Shown here: positions 1-12,242 of the stretch, in pieces
How the letters are laid out: each line of letters starts with the position of its first letter
Numbering within the stretch: position 1 is the stretch's first letter
Source: the human T2T-CHM13v2.0 reference genome, Homo sapiens
DNA: 64,000 bases
NCBI RefSeq assembly: GCF_009914755.1
Contig: NC_060933.1
Reading direction: 5' to 3' (one strand)
The notes under the pieces: generated by a model
What the model was told of the DNA's origin: nothing
Databases searched by the model: none
The model's input: only the letters and a program-made list of their open reading frames with translations
Made by a program: the position numbers and the translations under genes

Positions 1-39
1 TGTCACCCTCTAGCCACTGCCTCTCTCTCTCCTTGACTT

Positions 40-1355
40 CTTGTCCATCATTTGCTTTCTCAAAAACCACTAACAGTCTCCTAGTTACCACACCCAAGGG
101 ACTCTTTCTACTCATCTTCTCACTGGATTCTTGCTACATGGCAGCATGTAGAGCTGTGGAGTGTACCCTTGAAGGACACTCTTCTCCGCTGCTCTGCCAC
201 ATGCCCTCCTGGTTCTTCATAGTCTCTGATCTCTTGGTTAGCCTTCCTCCTTACTGTTGCTACCACATGATTCTGCCCTTGGCCCTCTTTCTCTCTAAAT
301 GCTCTCTGTAGCAAGCACCTCAGCCTCCATGGCTAAGAAATGCCAAATCTGCATATACAGGAAATCATCTCTAAACTGGAGACCAAATGTCCCAATGTAC
401 ATTTTTACCAGGCTATCCAACAGGCACTTCGTTCTTAACCTGCCCCAAATAGAATGTACCATATTTTTGCAAATATCTTTCTGTATTTTCTATTCAGTAA
501 AAGACAGCCATCCCTCATGTCACTAAGTCAGATATCTGAAAACCTTGTATATCCTACCTGTTTTATTCTCCAGTCCAAAGAGCAGTATCTGGTATAAGGC
601 AGAGTACTCAGAAAATATTTGTTGGATAAACACATCTTCAACCACTCATTTTTCCTCAGTGAGTACATTTAGTTGGGGATGAAGTATTATCAATTTGGGT
701 CTTAAACATCTGATGTAACCATTCCCTCTTCCAGCTTTAGTTCAGGTCCTTGTTAACTGTTTCCTGAATTATTCCAATAATTATCTTACTTCCTCTAACC
801 TCTCTCCCCTGCTACCTCTGATTTTTCTCTACAGTACTGCCAGAGAAATTTTTAACTAAACATTTCTCATTCTTTGAGCTCCACACTGCCTCAAAGACAA
901 AGCTGGCACATGTTGGCCTATCAATGTATCCCATGATCTGACCCTGTCCCCTTTAACATTGACCCTTTCCCCACCAGCTTCCATTCCCTGCCCCTCATTG
1001 CTCAGTGATGCTCTACAATTTAGCTTCCTGCATTGGCCAAAGTCTCCATGCCATTCCTCACTCCATGCCCTCCGCTTGCAACATTTTTGCCCCCCAAATC
1101 TTCCAACATACACTTCATATGTAACCTTCCATATAAAGTTTTATCCTCAATTTCTTTTCAGAGGCAGAACTGATAACTCTTTTCCTACCCTCACTATTCC
1201 CTAGGCAGACTACAAGTACTCTTCACATAAGTGGTATGCTTATTTCCATGAGTGTCTTCTTATACTAGGATGTACACTCCTTGAAGGCCAAGGCTATAAC
1301 TTATCTACCTCTAATATCCCTCTCTAAGTGTTATGTAATTGTTGATTGAATTAAT
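40..1355 (+). mobile_element. Degraded LINE-2 fragments (approximate bounds)
   Basis: C/T-rich L2-like body and L2 3'-end-like motifs (aaatatttgttgga near 612; ttgttgattgaattaat near 1340). Confidence 0.55.
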
Positions 1356-1408
1356 AAGGCTCACATCAATCAAGTCTTCCCAGAGAAACAAACATAAGTT
1401 ACATATAC

Positions 1409-1499
1409 CTCCTTATTTTGAAGATTTTCTGAGTTAGAAGGCAAAGGTTCTACTGCATTTCCAGGACATACGGCCATCTGATTCACTGCATCTTTATTT
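1409..1499 (-). CDS. MPDZ: MPDZ exon, 91 nt: (R)NKDAVNQMAVCPGNAVEPLPSNSENLQNKE
   Basis: ttttag| and GAG|gtatat; phase 2 to 0. Confidence 0.95.
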
Positions 1500-1595
1500 C
1501 TAAAAGCAAAAAAACAACAACCTATTATAACATCATGGTATTATTTTCATTCTCTTACTTCAAGAGTCAGAAGGTTATTAGAGAAAATTATTTAA

Positions 1596-1941
<346 letters not shown>

Positions 1942-2028
1942 TACAAATGTTTTCTTTTCATTCAAAAGAACTCAGAGAAGAAATGCTAACAAAAAGTATT
2001 TGGTAAACTAGCAAAAGAAAATGATCAC

Positions 2029-2120
2029 CTGATAAAAATTATTTTCACTTTAGAAGGGGCACATTTAATGATTGATGAGGCATTCTGATGACTTCTTCCA
2101 TATAAAATCTGACCATTGAT
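2029..2120 (-). CDS. MPDZ: MPDZ exon, 92 nt, PDZ8 C-part: [30 protein letters not shown](R)
   Basis: tcacag| and AG|gtgatc; phase 0 to 2. Confidence 0.96.
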
Positions 2121-3273
2121 CTGTGAGAAATAAATATCATTAGTTGGGCCTGAAATCTTAGTATCATAAAGTTTTATCATCCTTCCTCATTAATGAAAAG
2201 CACATTTTTTCTTCCTTTAAAATATATTTTATATTAAATGTTATATATTTTCCTCCCCAAAACATGAAACTGACTTTTCATGGTGAATAAAGAATAGCTC
2301 ATGTTTAAAGCCAGCATTAAAATAATGTAAATGAAGTCTGACATCCATGAACTGCTGATAAAGAGGCACCACTTGGACCAACTGCAGGAGAGTAGACAAC
2401 AAATTTCCTGGCAGGCACTGGGCTCCCAGCATGCTCTGCACAAAACGAGGGCTCTGTGGAAAAACTTGCGACCTGCAAGACCATCCTGGGAAGTTCCTTA
2501 CTGTCATATTTCCCACTTAGTCTCAAAACTCAAGCCCTGGAAATAGATCACTGGGAGAAGAAATGCTAGGTAGATTCAGGATTTAGGCAGCAAACTGTGC
2601 CTAAACAGCACAGTGCCTAACGCAAATGACTGGCTCAGTCATTTGGTCATTTAGCCACTGCCTGACTGAGCCTCCTGTGTCTATAGGGAAACATACTCAG
2701 CATGAGAAGAGTATAAAGGCAGTATAAAATCATGTGGATCCCAGCCCAGGAGGGGCAAGGACAAACAACACAAGCAAATAAAATTCTAAACCCTATAAAG
2801 TATGGTCCACAAATTTATTTTGTTCGGCAGGCTGAGTTACTGCTTGTTCTTTAGCCTTAACCTTGACCCCACCCCACCTCACCCTCATCACTTCTCCCAT
2901 TAGTGATTCAAGTTCCAGAATGTCCAGTGGGTCAGCCTCTGGGGAATGACTGGTCACTTGGCTTTTCAAAAACTCCTAATAAAAATGCAGCACACAAAAC
3001 AAATGCTTTTGAAGTGTAAGCTTTATTACTATCTTGGGGCAAAAATTGTTTCTGGTGCTACACAGTCATGACCTTTTAATGGAAGTTAATGGGAACATGG
3101 ACTCTACTTGGTAGAAATTTGGTTTAGAGCCAGATTTGCTGCAATGCATCTATTTTATTAAGCAAGCAATGGCTTTCTCAGTCACTATAAGGTATGGGTG
3201 ATTTTCTGGAAACTGACAGTTCCATTACCCTTATAAAACAAGAATAAATTCAAAATTTTCCACAAAAACTTAC

Positions 3274-3470
3274 CTCTAGAAGCTCATCTGCAATTTGCAA
3301 TCGACCATCTTTTCCTGCAGCTCCATTTGGATCAATCCCCACTATGAAGACACTCATCCTGGATCGGTCTTTGTTCCCAGCAAGACTTAGGCCCAAACCA
3401 CTATGACCTTTCTCCAGTTCAATCATATGCAGCTCGCCTGTTAGGGTTCCATAACGCTCTCTGATATTTT
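3274..3470 (-). CDS. MPDZ: MPDZ exon, 197 nt, PDZ8 N-part: (K)[31 protein letters not shown]...ADELLE
   Basis: atgtag| and GAG|gtaagt; ORF 3250..3498. Confidence 0.97.
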
Positions 3471-3949
3471 CTACATACAACAACAACAACAAATACATAT
3501 TTACAGTTAATTTACAGTCAAATGCTTTACTGTGGAAAGCTATTTAGTTTTACCTCAAAAGGACAGATTTTATACCAAAATGTACGCTTTGACAGTTAAA
3601 AGCTAAATAGACTAGGCACTTGGGCATCAGGACTGGTTTCCTGGAGGACCCAAACTTTGAGGAATTTCTTTGCATCTAGGGTGCAGAGAGCACAATGTCT
3701 GATTAATCAGTTCACCTTGGAGTGGTTACACCAAAGAGAAGTAATTCATTTTACAAACTCTCAAAAGACTATGATTAAACCAGAAACTTGATCATTTGCA
3801 GAGGAGAACAGAACTAAGGCATCCAGAATATCTGTGTTCACTGATCAGTGGGAGCTTTTCTCCCATAGGAATTTCAACATTGTGTATCACATCATGTTGG
3901 GCAGTTGCTTGATAGATATATGCAAAATGAAGAGAATGAGCTTTCTTAT

Positions 3950-4282
3950 TGCACAGAGCTATTAGGCCAGGACAACTTGATATATGTAACCCAGTTTTGG
4001 GACACACGTCCTAATGAGATGAGACCATTTACATCTCCTACCCCACATCTTCAAGAGGTGATGGTTATTGTGCACCCTCTTTAATCTAAGAGGGCTGACG
4101 CCTCACGCAGGTGCTCCAGTGCACAGCCACAGATGAGCGACCAGCCAACAGCCAGCACTACTTGACAACCATGTAAATGAGCTGTCTTGGAAGTCCAGCC
4201 CAGCTGGGCCCAGTCACCCACTGCCCTTTGATAGATTAATAATAAATTATTGTTTTATGCCATTACATTTTGGGGTGGCTTC
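3950..4282 (+). mobile_element. MLT1-type (MaLR) LTR remnant
   Basis: ccagccaacagccagca, aataaattattgtttta and ttttggggtgg...aactgaaaca resemble an MLT1 3' end. Confidence 0.55.
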
Positions 4283-5303
4283 ATAATAGAAAACTGAAAC
4301 ATTTCAGTTCACGTTTTCCTCAAGATTACATTCTGACCACATTGATTGTTAGCAATATGCTCTAGTGTCACTGAGAACAGACTGCGAAAACTACAAACTT
4401 TACCAGTCATCTTAGAAAACGTTATTATATGGCTAATGGGCCAATGCCATGCATTCTACATTGATTCTTAACTGCATCAATTTCATAAACTATTTCCTGA
4501 CTCCTTCCACAATACAGCAGCACAACTTTTATGTTCTGTACTTCCTAAAAAGATGTACTACAGCTTTCTTAAAGGAAATAATTCGATTTTTAAAATAAAA
4601 CTTTTTAAAACAATGACATTGATAACTTTGGGCTAAATTTTAAATATTTTCCTGCAAAATGGTATTTCCTTAGAAAAGAGAGACTCCCTATTGGTCCTAA
4701 TAACAGCTGCCTATGAAAGACTGCTGGGCGCCAGGCACTGTGCTTAGCACTCTTGGCACTATCTAATTGAATGTTAGCAACCTGAGGGGAGAACTCCATT
4801 TTAAAAAGAGAGATAACCACTAGGCTAAAGCTTAGAGACAGTTAAACAGCTTAGTCAATGCCTAAAGTTTTTATCTCCACAATTATACTATGTCACCATT
4901 CTGGTATAGAAAATACACCAGAAGTTCAAGGTGTGATATCAACAACCAGAATATCCTCATTCACATGAGGAATCTGATGCCCAGAAAGGGGTGGTGACTT
5001 GTTTGAGACACAGAGTGGCTGATCCAATACTAGCTTCTGAGAGAGTGCCCTGTCCTTATTAATTCTCATACAAAAGGCAGAGTGAGCTTTAACAGCACTT
5101 TTAAAGGAAAGGAAGAGCATGATTTCATGCCTCAGGAATGTATGCTGTATTCAAGCAAAACAAACACTATTTCTTTCCACACAGAATTGCAGTATATATC
5201 ACAAAGCTGCAACATACTTACTTATCCAGGGCGAAATCCTTGAGAAACTCAGAGCTATTTTAATACCTCTTACAATTAAATGCATCACAAAAACACAACT
5301 TAC

Positions 5304-5466
5304 TCCAGCTGTAACCAAACTCATCCTCTTTGTCCACATCTTGTGAGATTTTGCTTGCAGATGACTGTGTGTGATCACTACCCATTTCGGCAAAGGCTGA
5401 AGGAGGGGGTGGGGGCACACTGCACAATGGAGCCTTCTCTGGCTCTGACTCTGACTGACTGGGTGC
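5304..5466 (-). CDS. MPDZ: MPDZ exon, 163 nt: APSQSESEPEKAPLCSVPPPPPSAF...EDEFGYSW(K)
   Basis: ccacag| and GA|gtaagt; phase 0 to 1. Confidence 0.96.
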
Positions 5467-5528
5467 CTGTGGGAACAAAAAGAATGCAGTGGGTTTGTAC
5501 AGTCTAAGGAAGAAAACTTCAAGAAGAA

Positions 5529-5802
5529 GAAATAAGAGTATACTGTCAAAAACAAAGACTGGCTTTAAAATATCTAACAAATAATGGAAAGCTCATATAT
5601 GTATATAATATATATATAAAATATCTAACAAATAATGGAAAGCTCATATATATATATAATACCTAACAAATAATGGAAGGCTCAGATTGTTAAATATTTT
5701 ATATATATACATATATATATATATATGTATATATATGAGCTTTCCATTATTTGTTTGATATTTTAAAGCCAGTCTTTGTTTTTGACATGATATTCTTATT
5801 TC
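5529..5802. repeat. Inverted repeat (72-bp arms) with internal direct copies and (AT)n
   Basis: 5529-5600 versus reverse complement of 5731-5802: 4 mismatches in 72. Confidence 0.95.
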
Positions 5803-6456
5803 CATATATATCTATGTATATATATAGATAGATAGATAGATATGAAATATTAGATGGGATTCAGGTAAAGTTTAAATATATCAAACCAAGTAGTATCAGA
5901 GAATAATTCACTAAACTTTTATTTGCTATTTTAAGCCAATGAATTAATGAATTTGAAGTCTTAAATGACTTGGTAGAAAATTGTACAAACTTTCCCTTCT
6001 AGAAAAAAATGTCATTCAAAAGTTATAACTTTTGGGTCTGGGTAAGATTTGAGGCATCTAGAAAAATCTGCCAAGAAACTGCAGAAAAAAAAATTAACAA
6101 AGAAGTTGCCCTTCAAAGCTTATTAGTGAGACTAAATATAAATAATTATTTATTGCTACCTGAATCCTCTCTCCATATGATTCTCTTAACAAATCCAGGA
6201 CAGCAAGTATCACACATGCAGGCTTGTCTACCAGAGAGCCAGTTTGTTAGCACAGAGCACACACTCGGATGTGAGCGGCATGGTTTTAAGGACAACACCA
6301 GCTTTCCCTTGCCAAGGCAGATCACAAGATAAATGAGGAAACACAGGAGACTCCTTAATAGAAAGCCAAAGCATGGCATACTGGCTGTCACTTAGGGTCA
6401 TAGGTCCTATTTCGAAAAAAAAAAAAAAAAGTACTTGGCATCATCAAGTTCTTATA

Positions 6457-6515
6457 TTGCAAAAATAATTGCAGTTTTTGCCATTAAAACTCCAATTACT
6501 TTTGCACTAACCTAA
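6457..6515. mobile_element. MADE1 (mariner-derived MITE)
   Basis: tgcaaaaataattgcagtttttgccatt...caattacttttgcactaacctaa. Confidence 0.85.
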
Positions 6516-7946
6516 TGTTACAGATGATCAAACAATGTTAGAGTTTGAAAGGTCTTTAAGTTGCTGAGTTCATTTTATTCACTTTGCAGATGAATAAACC
6601 TTTGGAACCTGAGGCTACAAGAAATGAAAGTTTTTGTTTCGAATCAAACAGTGGTACTAGACTTCTTTTTGCTTAACTCTTAATCCAGTGCACTTTCCAT
6701 TATATCATGTTGTCTCCTCCAACTTGCATAAATAAGACAGTACCAAACTCAAAGGTCAGGAACATCCAGCTAAAGTTCTAACCTCGGTATGAAGTTGTCC
6801 CTGATACCTTGAACCTATAGTTTTCCTATATATCTTTATTTTACTTTTTTACTGCATAAGAATTCCTCTGATACAATGTTTTATTATATATGTTTATATC
6901 TAGAAAAATATTATGATTTTTTTTAAAAAACTGACTTCTTGTAAGGATACATTAAATGATAAACACGCACAAATACTTAGAAATTATTAATTGGTGCCAC
7001 GAATTAGGATACCTAAAAATATATGTAACACTAGAACTATTTGAGACTGAATGCGACCTTTCTTTGTTGATTCAGAAAGCACTCAATTTTCTGGCAAAGC
7101 AAATCGCTGACTGATAGAGATTTAAGGGCGTAAGTGTCAGATTACAGAATCTGCTATATTGAAATGTTCAGTCTATATGTCATTGGACAAACAGATAAAA
7201 GTTACTAATGTAAATGGAACCCTTGTTATGTTCCCAAATGCTGTGCCATAAATGTCTCAAATTAATAATATACCAATAAAAATGAACAAACACACACACA
7301 TAAAACCCTCATTTGGTCCAATCAAGTTTCATTATCATAGTAAAGAGGAGCAAGGTATGTACTTTAGAATTTTTCTGGCTAAAAAAAATTTACTTCTCTG
7401 TAAAATTTTATCAAGCATTGATTAAGTCCATTCCCTTTTTAAAAGGTAAAACAAAAGCTAATTTAAACTTCTCATAATTTTAACAAATCTATAGATGACA
7501 TTTTATACATCTTGCTGCATAATTTTTCTGAGCTGTTATTTTAAGAACAAACAAACAAACAAACAAAACCTGCTTATCTGAAAAATTGTCTGGGATCTCA
7601 GGCACAACATTTTCATACTGTGAGTAAATCAAAATGGTGCCCTAACCTACCTGACTAATAAAACCAATATAAGCCTCTATTTACTTGAGGGGCAATCAGG
7701 TGTTATGTTTTCATATCCCTGACACCCTCATTCTCATCAAGATCATGTATCTGCCTCGTTAGTGACACTTTTTAAAATTTATTTATGAAAATATAGCTCT
7801 TTAACAAAGATTGTTTAGCCTTCCTTGTCAAAAATGCAGTGTATACTTGAGATCACTCCATGCCATGTATGTATACATCAAGTACAGCACACACATAAAG
7901 CACACTGTAACACACCCACATACGAAAATTCCACACTGACACAAAC

Positions 7947-8018
7947 CTTAAAGGGTGTGGGAGCAAAAGGGTTAGTTGGGGAACAATGGAAGATAATTCT
8001 ACTTGAATTCAGTAATTC
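7947..8018 (-). CDS. MPDZ: Candidate cassette exon X4, 72 nt: ELLNSSRIIFHCSPTNPFAPTPFK
   Basis: ttttctattgctatag| and AAG|gtttgt; phase 0-0, stop-free, TNPFA motif, UG-rich downstream intron. Confidence 0.65.
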
Positions 8019-8782
8019 CTATAGCAATAGAAAACATATTCCTTCAGATATAGCATCTTTGGTTATCCATATCAATAACATGGTATTTGTTACAATAACA
8101 TGGAAGTCTGATGAATATTCATAAAGTGTTTCCTGAAAAAAATTGTTGATGGCTTTCTTCCTTTTCATGATCAAATTATGGTATATAAATTCTTATAAAT
8201 TTGTGTTTCGATTTTGGTTTTATAATTTCATCAGAAAATGAGAAGATCCAAGTATAGATTTACGAGCATTGAAACAGTTACGTTTCCTGATTCAGGCAAT
8301 TACATGGGCATGCTTCATGAATATTCAACAGACTCCTGCATGTACACATACACAATTATTTGTGCAGTGATTAACTCATGGAAGAGCTTTTATGATCACC
8401 TTGTAGAAGTATGAAAAGGATTTAAATCAACACATGGTTTTAAAGAAATTATGTGTGAAAGTATCATACATTTGGCAACTAACAAAAATTTAAATATCAG
8501 AAATTTTAAATGACACCAAAATGAAAGAAAGGCACTGGACTCATGATTCTCCCTTACTCTTCAGAAGGGCCATTTAATTTCAGCAATAAAAATAAATATT
8601 CTCTGGCAGGAAAATGTGCTTAAGAAAGGATCTGCATGCCCACTCCAAACAGCTTTGTTTTTTTGTTTTTTTTTCCCTGCCCAAATGTAGCAAATAGTGA
8701 ACTGGGACAAAGACACAGTAGTAACAAAGAACAAAACATTTGCAAAAGGCAACCAACAGCAAGACAATGGGCATTATCCAAC

Positions 8783-8881
8783 CTTGTCGGCGTTGATTTG
8801 TAGAGAGTCAGCAAATGGGTTAGTGCTGCTGAAGTTGTACTTAGGGTAAAGGTTGTGCAGCAAGGAAGGCAAAGGGGATTT
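8783..8881 (-). CDS. MPDZ: MPDZ exon, 99 nt, likely cassette: KSPLPSLLHNLYPKYNFSSTNPFADSLQINADK
   Basis: ccttttag| and AAG|gttgga (weak donor); phase 0-0; matches the canonical protein as recalled. Confidence 0.93.
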
Positions 8882-10011
8882 CTAAAAGGAAACATAAGAG
8901 GCGCTGAACGCAAAGGAAATGTATTGAAAACAACTCAGTTTTAAAAGCAAAGTACATACCGATTTAAAGAACTGCCTGTGTGAAACTAGATCCTATCAGA
9001 TCCAGTCATTAATAGCAACATCTTAAAACAGTCTGGAACTAAAGATTTGTCTCTAATGACCTGAATCTATACCTGAGTCTAAATCAGGCCACAAACCACA
9101 AAGGAAACTAGTTGTCAAACTGATCCCAAATTTCTTTTATTTTTGCTCAATGTCTTCGGTATTACTAACAGAGGCACATATATTTTGCCCATCTTATATA
9201 TTAATACATGTTTTATGAATACCAGTAAACATGTTCAAAATTAAAACCACAAAATTTTTTATCTACATCTAAAAGCTAATTTTTTTTAAATAATCTGTCT
9301 AGAATGCAAATTATAAATTGGTCTGCTAGTTCACTGGCAACCTTCATTATTCTTTTATTTTGCATCCTAGTAAGGAAACTTTCCATATTTTGACTGGATA
9401 TTAAAGTGCTTCAGAGCAATTGTATTTTTTAAATTAAAAAAACAGTAATTTATTAAAAAATGAACTCCTGTAGAGTGGTGTTCTCTATTTCTGCCCAGTT
9501 TTTGTGGAGGTAGAAACATGGAGATTCATGTTTTAAATAAATTTCCTATAAAATTGCCCATATTACTGGAGAATTTATGAGGCTTTAGATAATATTTGAA
9601 GTCCTGCCTTAGAGTGTTTCTCAGAGGTTTTGTGGCTTGCCAGTAATAAGCCCTGAGCCAGACTGTTAGAGTTGAAAATACATATTAAAGTCAGGATGAC
9701 TGCCAGATAGAATTTAGCATTTTCATAGTTTAAAAAAAAAAGTAATTTCCTTAGCACAATAAATTCTTCTCCTTCTTTTCACACCCGCTATCTTTTTCTT
9801 TTATTGACTATATCTTTCAGGGGAAATTGCAGACATTTAAAATTCATTTTGGCTCCAATTAAATGTTTGTGTTACTTTTCTCTATAAAAAAGCCCCACTG
9901 GCAGGCATCAAGTATAGGGAGAGGTTGTCATGTGACACCACGCTGTATGAGAGAACACTCTGGAAAGACTCTATCCTCAGTATGCCTGCACTAAAGCTTA
10001 TGCCACATTAC

Positions 10012-10043
10012 CCTTTCAATCTGCTCTTCTTGCAATGTTTTTC
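10012..10043 (-). CDS. MPDZ: Candidate microexon X3, 32 nt: (G)KTLQEEQIER
   Basis: strong tract tttctttttcctgtcttccctctgtag| and AGG|gtaatg; phase 1 to 0. Confidence 0.5.
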
Positions 10044-10706
10044 CTACAGAGGGAAGACAGGAAAAAGAAATGGGCACAATGACATTTCTGCTCATCTCAA
10101 CTTTCTCCCTGCTTTTCAGTTTAAAATGTCAACTCCTGCTTTACAAAAGAGAAGATCACAAATACCAAGGCACATGACCATTTATTAACGTGGAAGAAAT
10201 GACTAGGCAGAGGTGACAAATATATCCTAGGCAAAATAATTCAATGCTATGGAAGGTGGAGATTATTTCTAATCTCCATACATTGGACTTTCAGTGTCCT
10301 GTATAATTCTGTAGAACATCAGAAAACAAAACTAGCAACAAATTTAAAGAAAGCTCTAGTTTTTAAATTTTTATTACTTTTGCTTTCTTTTTAATTTGCA
10401 GATCTCAGAGGATTAGAATTTGGCCCTGATAGCAAAGTGTAAAAGTATAGCATAGGCACAGCAGACGAAATGGTAGATTACTCTATTATTAGGAAAAGAT
10501 ATTTAGAAACAGACTATTTCTTATTAAAAAACCAATGATGAAACTTCTGTTTATAGTCCCAGGGGCTGAGAAAAGCAGAAATATTAACAACGAAGAAGCA
10601 CAGGGAAGACAAAAACATTCTCTGGCCCATTCTAAATGGGGCCCCCCTTTCAGTGAGAAAATGTGGTCAGACTGAATTCTGTGAAGGGTCATACTGGTGA
10701 AATTAC

Positions 10707-10743
10707 CAGGGCTAGTTCTGGAAATTTCTGATTCTTGAAGAGC
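10707..10743 (-). CDS. MPDZ: Candidate microexon X2, 37 nt: ALQESEISRTSP(G)
   Basis: ttgctttggcccttag| and CTG|gtaatt; phase 0 to 1. Confidence 0.45.
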
Positions 10744-12242
10744 CTAAGGGCCAAAGCAACTCACTGGTTTTTCAGCTTATGTTTAAGATTTCCTAGGAGC
10801 TTTATCCTATATCTACAGATAACACAATTACCAGTAAGAGACTTTTAAGTATGTGCATTTGTGATTGTTCCTTTTAGATTACTGGAGACCTAATTATTTC
10901 CATAAGGAAGTAAATCATTGAAACAAAACATATCTCATTTTAAATGCAAAATTAACTTTAATTTTCTAAAGCAAAATAAGTATGACTTGACTAAACATGT
11001 CATTCATAACAAGATTTATCCTGGAACAATTGCTATAAAATCAGGTATCATTATACCTCAGAGAGCAAAATAAGAGTATTTTCCAGGTGTATGAGACAAG
11101 ATCTTCCCGGCTCATTGGAAAATGTGCCTGACATTGAAAGGAATATTTGTAGTTTTAAGTTTTTAAAGCAATATTGAGAATCACTATTCAGCAATTTATA
11201 GTATTGTCCCAAATGATGTAAAAATTGTAAATTATAAATAAAACAAAAAAAGGACTAAAATCCACCCACACACAAAAAAAATAGCTTTAACTTAAACACC
11301 CATTTAACATTATTATGCTGTGTCTATGTTTAACACACAAATGGGAATAAATGTAAAAGGATTTATAGTTATTTAAACAAATGGAATAGCTTTGTAAAGA
11401 ATGCAGCATGATGCAGCCCTACCATTTGGCAAATTTTCTTTCTGAATGGATAATTATTACCTAACAATAAACAACTGAATGATTAAAAATTGCAGATGTT
11501 GAAGTGCTTACATTAAAAACTACTAGATTCACTCTTTACAGTAAACCCAGACCACAGTTACACCTGTCTTCACAACAGAAGGAAGGGCCATTAAAATAAA
11601 TCTGGTCACTTTACAGTCCATGGCATAGAATATTGATAAGTTACTTTGACAGAGCTCATCTAAAGAGCTGTTGGTTATTTTCATCATTTGAACCTTAACA
11701 TCTTAAATTCTTAATTTCACAAGTTAAACTGAGCCCTTATATCTTAAATTCTTAACTTTACAAGTTAAAATTAAATATATTTTGCAGATAAAATTAAATA
11801 TTTTAAGTTTTAGACGATGCGTTCAACTTCCCTCACATATGTTGATATTTTTGTTTTAAAGACAACCAACCCTAAAAACTAGTAAGCAGGAAATTCAAAG
11901 AGAATCACTATGATGGGGGTTGTTAACTTAAATCCAAAAAAGGAGTCTGTAAGTGCTTCAGGACATCTAGGAAATGGTATGCAATTTTTGAATGGATGTG
12001 TATGTTTCTAAAGAACTTTCAAAGGGGTATGTGAATCCAAAATACTTAATAACTGCTGCATGTGAATTTTTTTTTTCATGAGGCATAAAGAAGGAGTTGA
12101 AAAAACAGTTTTAAACTCTTGGCATAATTTTCATCTTCAGCATCAAGTCATAACAAATCCAAAGCCTCGCTCTGTATCTTTGTTAACAACATTCATTAAA
12201 TGTAACTTACATTTTCTAAAATGTTTTTTAATGCTATTTTAC

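Noticed and set aside
5199-5555. 118-aa minus-strand ORF including CTNPL
   Set aside because: Alternative frame over the real exon 5304-5466 plus intron; NPL rather than NPF, and in the wrong frame.
5570-5690. Three spaced direct repeats superficially resembling a CRISPR array
   Set aside because: Eukaryotic intron, spacers are (AT)n, no cas genes; explained by template switching.
6146-6391. 81-aa minus-strand ORF ending near CAG|gtagca
   Set aside because: No convincing frame-compatible acceptor-donor pair; the region is better read as intronic regulatory sequence.
8400-8478. AG..GT segment containing AAT CCT TTT (NPF)
   Set aside because: 79 nt long, NPF is out of frame, early TGA in phase 0, and no preceding T/S; chance match.
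11423-11441. 19-nt phase 0-to-1 microexon candidate KENLPN(G)
   Set aside because: Very poor pyrimidine tract and modest donor; not distinguishable from background.
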